A stretch of DNA of 64,000 nucleotides from positions 9,176,001-9,240,000 of the forward strand of contig JAYWIR010000001.1 in the NCBI GenBank assembly GCA_036172245.1. Direction: 5' to 3'. Below the pieces are notes generated by a model that saw only the letters and a program-made list of their open reading frames with translations, did not search any database and was not told where the DNA came from. This document shows positions 60,228-64,000 of this stretch, in pieces; the stretch's first letter is position 1; every line of letters begins with the position of its first letter. This DNA is from Raillietiella orientalis (Eukaryota). Both the position numbers and the translations under genes were made by a program.

Positions 60228-60970
60228 TTTATTATTCGTTGTGTGTAGTTACATAGCTTGTTTGCAGGGGACTCTGGAGAGTCTTCCGCAGTTGTTATTT
60301 TCTTCTCCTTACGGGGCTTCCTCCACTTGCTCGAATTCCTCCGGTGGGAGACCACTGGCTAGATTATCGAGTTGGTTATCGGTTTTCCTTTTCACTTGGG
60401 TTGCATATATGGTGCTTGAGTACCGGATGCCACCACGCGGTGTCTCAGTTCCACCAGCTTCTTCTTTGGTACTCTTAAGTGCTGTACTACTTCCTCGTTG
60501 CCGGGATCCCATGCTCCCAGAGAGCCGACGATGATCGCGTGTACTTTGTTTTTTTTCACGACTTCCCAGTTGCATTGCCATATCCTTGTATTTTCCTTCC
60601 TTGTTTTTTCTGGTCGTGCTGAACGTCTCCTTTCCATTTTCGCATTGGCAGCAGATGTCCAGCACACATATTCGGTTACATTCTTCTTTAACCAGGTCTG
60701 ATTCAGGACTGGAACTCTGGTTCCTGGCACTCTCCGGTCTCTTGAGACAAGGCTCCTTTTTGCTTCACCCACTGCGGCCTTCCTGATGACTTCCTGAATC
60801 GCATCATGGTGTGCCATGGTCAGAGGAGCGTGCTTCTTGCATCTGTTTAACACGTGAGACAGAGTTTCATCTTCTGTCCCGCAACGCCGACTTCTGCGTT
60901 CATCTGCTTTTTTGGTTGGCCCAGCGTTGATTGCCAAGGAGACTGAAGTCTTGCTGCATGGATGAACCTG
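60228..60970 (-). mobile_element. 3' fragment of the same Utopia/NeSL-like RLE retrotransposon family, copy 3
   Basis: RRCGTEDETLSHVLNRC, HHDAIQEVI, LDICCQCE..KEGKY, HAIIVGSLGAWDP, IRYSSTIYATQVKRKTDNQLDNL (near-identical to the end of copy 2). Short 3' UTR ends in aataataaa. Confidence 0.9.
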
Positions 60971-63900
60971 TTTTAAGCAGGTGAGGTGCTATTTTCTGTG
61001 GAGATGGCAGGTGATCTGTAAAGCGACACCGTAGGATTCACGTTGTGGCTGCATCTTCGTAGAAAGAGAGCACTTGGTCACGCTTGTATCTTGCAGTTTG
61101 CATTAGGCATTGAAAATGACCATCAACTAGTGCACATGTGGCCTTTTTTTTTATAAAAAAAAAAAAATTTTCTTTCAACATGAAGGTCTCTCCCGTGATA
61201 ACCATTTCTCCTTGTGAATAGCCACGTAATTCAATGCAATCATTCGACGTGTCTGACTGAAAAAAGGAAACCAAATGGAACGGCAGGAACAAATTTCGTG
61301 ATTTTTTAGTCGTTTTATACTCAACGTGTAGTCTTTGAAGGTAGTAGAAATCACGTCGTGTCGTGTTTAGAGTTTATCTCATAAAGTGATCGACATTCAT
61401 GTTCTCAAGCCTACAGTAAAATTTGAAAAATTTTATAGCTTTCAATTTTTACATGCTTATTTATAGAGGATTTTCTTTAATTTCCTTAAAAATAGAAATA
61501 TTAAATCTTATTAATCAATTATTAATTAACGGAACTTTTTTGTTTTGATACTCGTCGTTTAATACAATAATTCTAATGATATCTTCAGATTTTAGAAAAA
61601 ATATACCTTTACTGATATAACACCCTAAATAATTAATAATCTGTAGTATAGTATGGATATTTAAATAAATCATCAAAATTGAAATTTTTGTGAACCGTAG
61701 AAAATTTAGTCAATGAACTTGGATATGTATATATAGGTGGGGCCACCTGTCTTACATCTACATTTCGATTATGTATTAGAATCCTTCCCAAGTTCTGATC
61801 TGAACCGTTGCCATTCCAGATGGAAAAAAGGCAAAAGGGAAAGGGAAGCTCTCACGAGATTTTCAGCTCTTCTTTGGAGTTTCCTCTCCACAATTTTGTT
61901 TCGAATCGACCGCTCCTTGCAATGAACTCAGCACGCTCGGAACGAAACACACAAAAAAACATCTGAAGGCATCTTGAGGTTTGTTTCAAAGTTAGAACCT
62001 GGATGAAATTTAAGCATCTTTTTCATTTTTATTTATTTACTTCGTTATTTTTTTTAAAAAAGTGGCTCGCAAAATAAAAATTAGATAAATATAAATTGGA
62101 TAGTTTGAATACAAATGAAAACAGTTTTCACGAGCGCGATTCCAATTTTAACTTTCAGTGTTGCCGTATTTTTTATTCAGGTCTTCGTGTACCTTATACT
62201 CCGAAGTGTACGACAGATAAGTACAGAGCCCAAAGGCTCTGTACTTATCTGTCTTATCTGACAAGAGAGCAGTCAGGTAGCTGAATATGAAATTCCAGTC
62301 GTCTGTTTCATAAAAATCAGTTAGTTATTGATCCTCTAATAAGCAACTTACAGAAACAGTGAACTCTCTTTTAAAAAAAAATAAATAAAAAATAATTTTT
62401 TTTTTCAATGGAAAAGCGCAGAAAGATAGCAGGTGGATCCGAAATTCGTTCTAGAAACAAAAAGAAAAATTAGGCAAAGAATGCGTAGACCTGAGAGCAA
62501 ATAATGCAATTATGTAATATGAGTCCATAAAATCATTTCCCCCTATTTATGTTTTGTTCTTCGTTTCGGCACAGAAATAAATCTGCAAAGGAAACTTTGT
62601 CCCCAATGCGCCCTCGTTTTCGTGTGCGCCCACAAAGCAGTTCTAGTCTTGCACCCTTAAAACAAAGACGCCCAAAGTAGTAATAGAGGGGGAGGGGGGG
62701 GGAAGGACCTATTATATCCAAGAATACCGGAGCGCGGTGAAAACGGCGTACGAGGCTTTTTGAAATTGGCTTTCGTCATGTAAGCCGAGCGTAGATCTTG
62801 TGGCTCGTGTCGCATCAACGCGCATCAGATAAACGCGTACAGCACTCTGACTATGCCGGCGTCACTCTTCTGCAAGTGGCGATTCTGCCAGGAACTCGAA
62901 TTCAGTGGTTACCTGTGCAGCTACAACCTTGGCTGATCGTCAGCCTCAGCGGGTGCGCTCACTGCTCCGTTGTTAAGGTCAGGTCCACGCCTGCGTGGTT
63001 GCCCCTGTGAAGGCACGTCAGAGTTCAAATCGGCAGTCTGCTTTTCGGTCAACTTTGCTGGCTAGCTGGTCTTTTAATTTACCTCTTGCACGTTTCCATC
63101 AAGAGCATGTGACCCCTTGATGGCTTCTCAGGCTTTTTTTTTTTTTTTTTTTCTATTATGTCCTCTTTTTTTTTTTCCATCCTGGGCAAGATGAAGAGGA
63201 TAGATTTAAAGACAGCACTGATGGAACCAAAGACGTAAGGAGAAACGAACTTCCCAGATAGGTAGAAAAGGTGGAACGTAGTCTCCAGCGTTTCTATGTT
63301 CGGGTGCAGCTGCACCCACCCAGGGATAAACACAGGATGAATGGGAACTTGCTTCATTATAGAGAAGATTTCCTTTGATGAGGTGGATTGCTTTCTCTGC
63401 TCATTCCAGATTCTCGTTCAACGTTTGCTCCACCGTGTACTTCTGTTTCGAAGTTGAGATGATGACAGCAGTGAACAGATGCAACGAGAGTTTCTAAGTC
63501 GTAAGATTTCCTAGTGACTGCAACTTTTAATTTTTAGAAAAAGCATGCATGGAGAAAATACAGGCATGAAACTCTCGATGCGAATGTACAAGATGCCAGT
63601 TGATTTCTGGGCTCTTTTCTTTCTCGATCTATCAAGAGCTGGATTCCAACATGTTTCTGCAATTTTGCCAATTTGTGTTCCAATCACGACGTAAAAAAGA
63701 AAAATGAATAATAAAACAAAATAAAATGCGTTTTGTCCGTCGTCTGATAACTTTGGATTCGTTTTTCTTTACCGTTTGTTTTCCTTTCTTTGCCATCCAG
63801 TTTGCAGGACAAGACAAGCTGGCAACGAATTGGAATCATTGCGAGACAAAACCTTCCTTTTTCCGGAAACGCAACTCGGGGTCAAGATTACCTACGTGAA

Positions 63901-64000
63901 AGTCAAGATTTCCCTGGCAGCACCAGGTGACTTCAAGCAACTTTTTAAAACACGCGAATGAGCCCCGAATTTATTCAAGTGGATGTTCCACGCATCTGTG

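Noticed and set aside
62690..63360. GC-richer block with 70-92 aa ORFs
   Set aside because: All minus-strand frames hit stops soon after the candidate acceptor, and no family was recognised.

Overview
This is gene-dense, AT-rich animal nuclear DNA, not prokaryotic; the proteins look arthropod-like, judged from remembered family sequences. I assembled eight spliced genes by hand, each giving a continuous reading frame: a GILT/IFI30-like thiol reductase (+), ALKBH1 (-), an apparently SH3-less NCKIPSD/SPIN90-like gene (+), clathrin heavy chain (+), MED21 (+), NCBP3 (+), mRpL1 (+) and beta-TrCP/slimb (-). The 14.6-25 kb region is a retroelement graveyard. It holds a diverged ~0.5-kb tandem repeat carrying a clean 390-bp RT insert, an L1/Tx1-like relic, and two back-to-back Utopia/NeSL-like (RLE) relics; a third copy of that family lies near 60.5 kb. 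The most notable features are: a co-oriented Chc-MED21-NCBP3-mRpL1 block with 137-334 nt spacers (MED21-NCBP3 looks dicistronic or operon-like); very short introns (34 of 47 are <=60 nt, minimum 38) with frequent AAG acceptors; the TSD-less RT insert; and a decayed duplicate GILT exon. No rRNA, tRNA or CRISPR was recognised. All identifications come from motif recognition by eye, without database searches.
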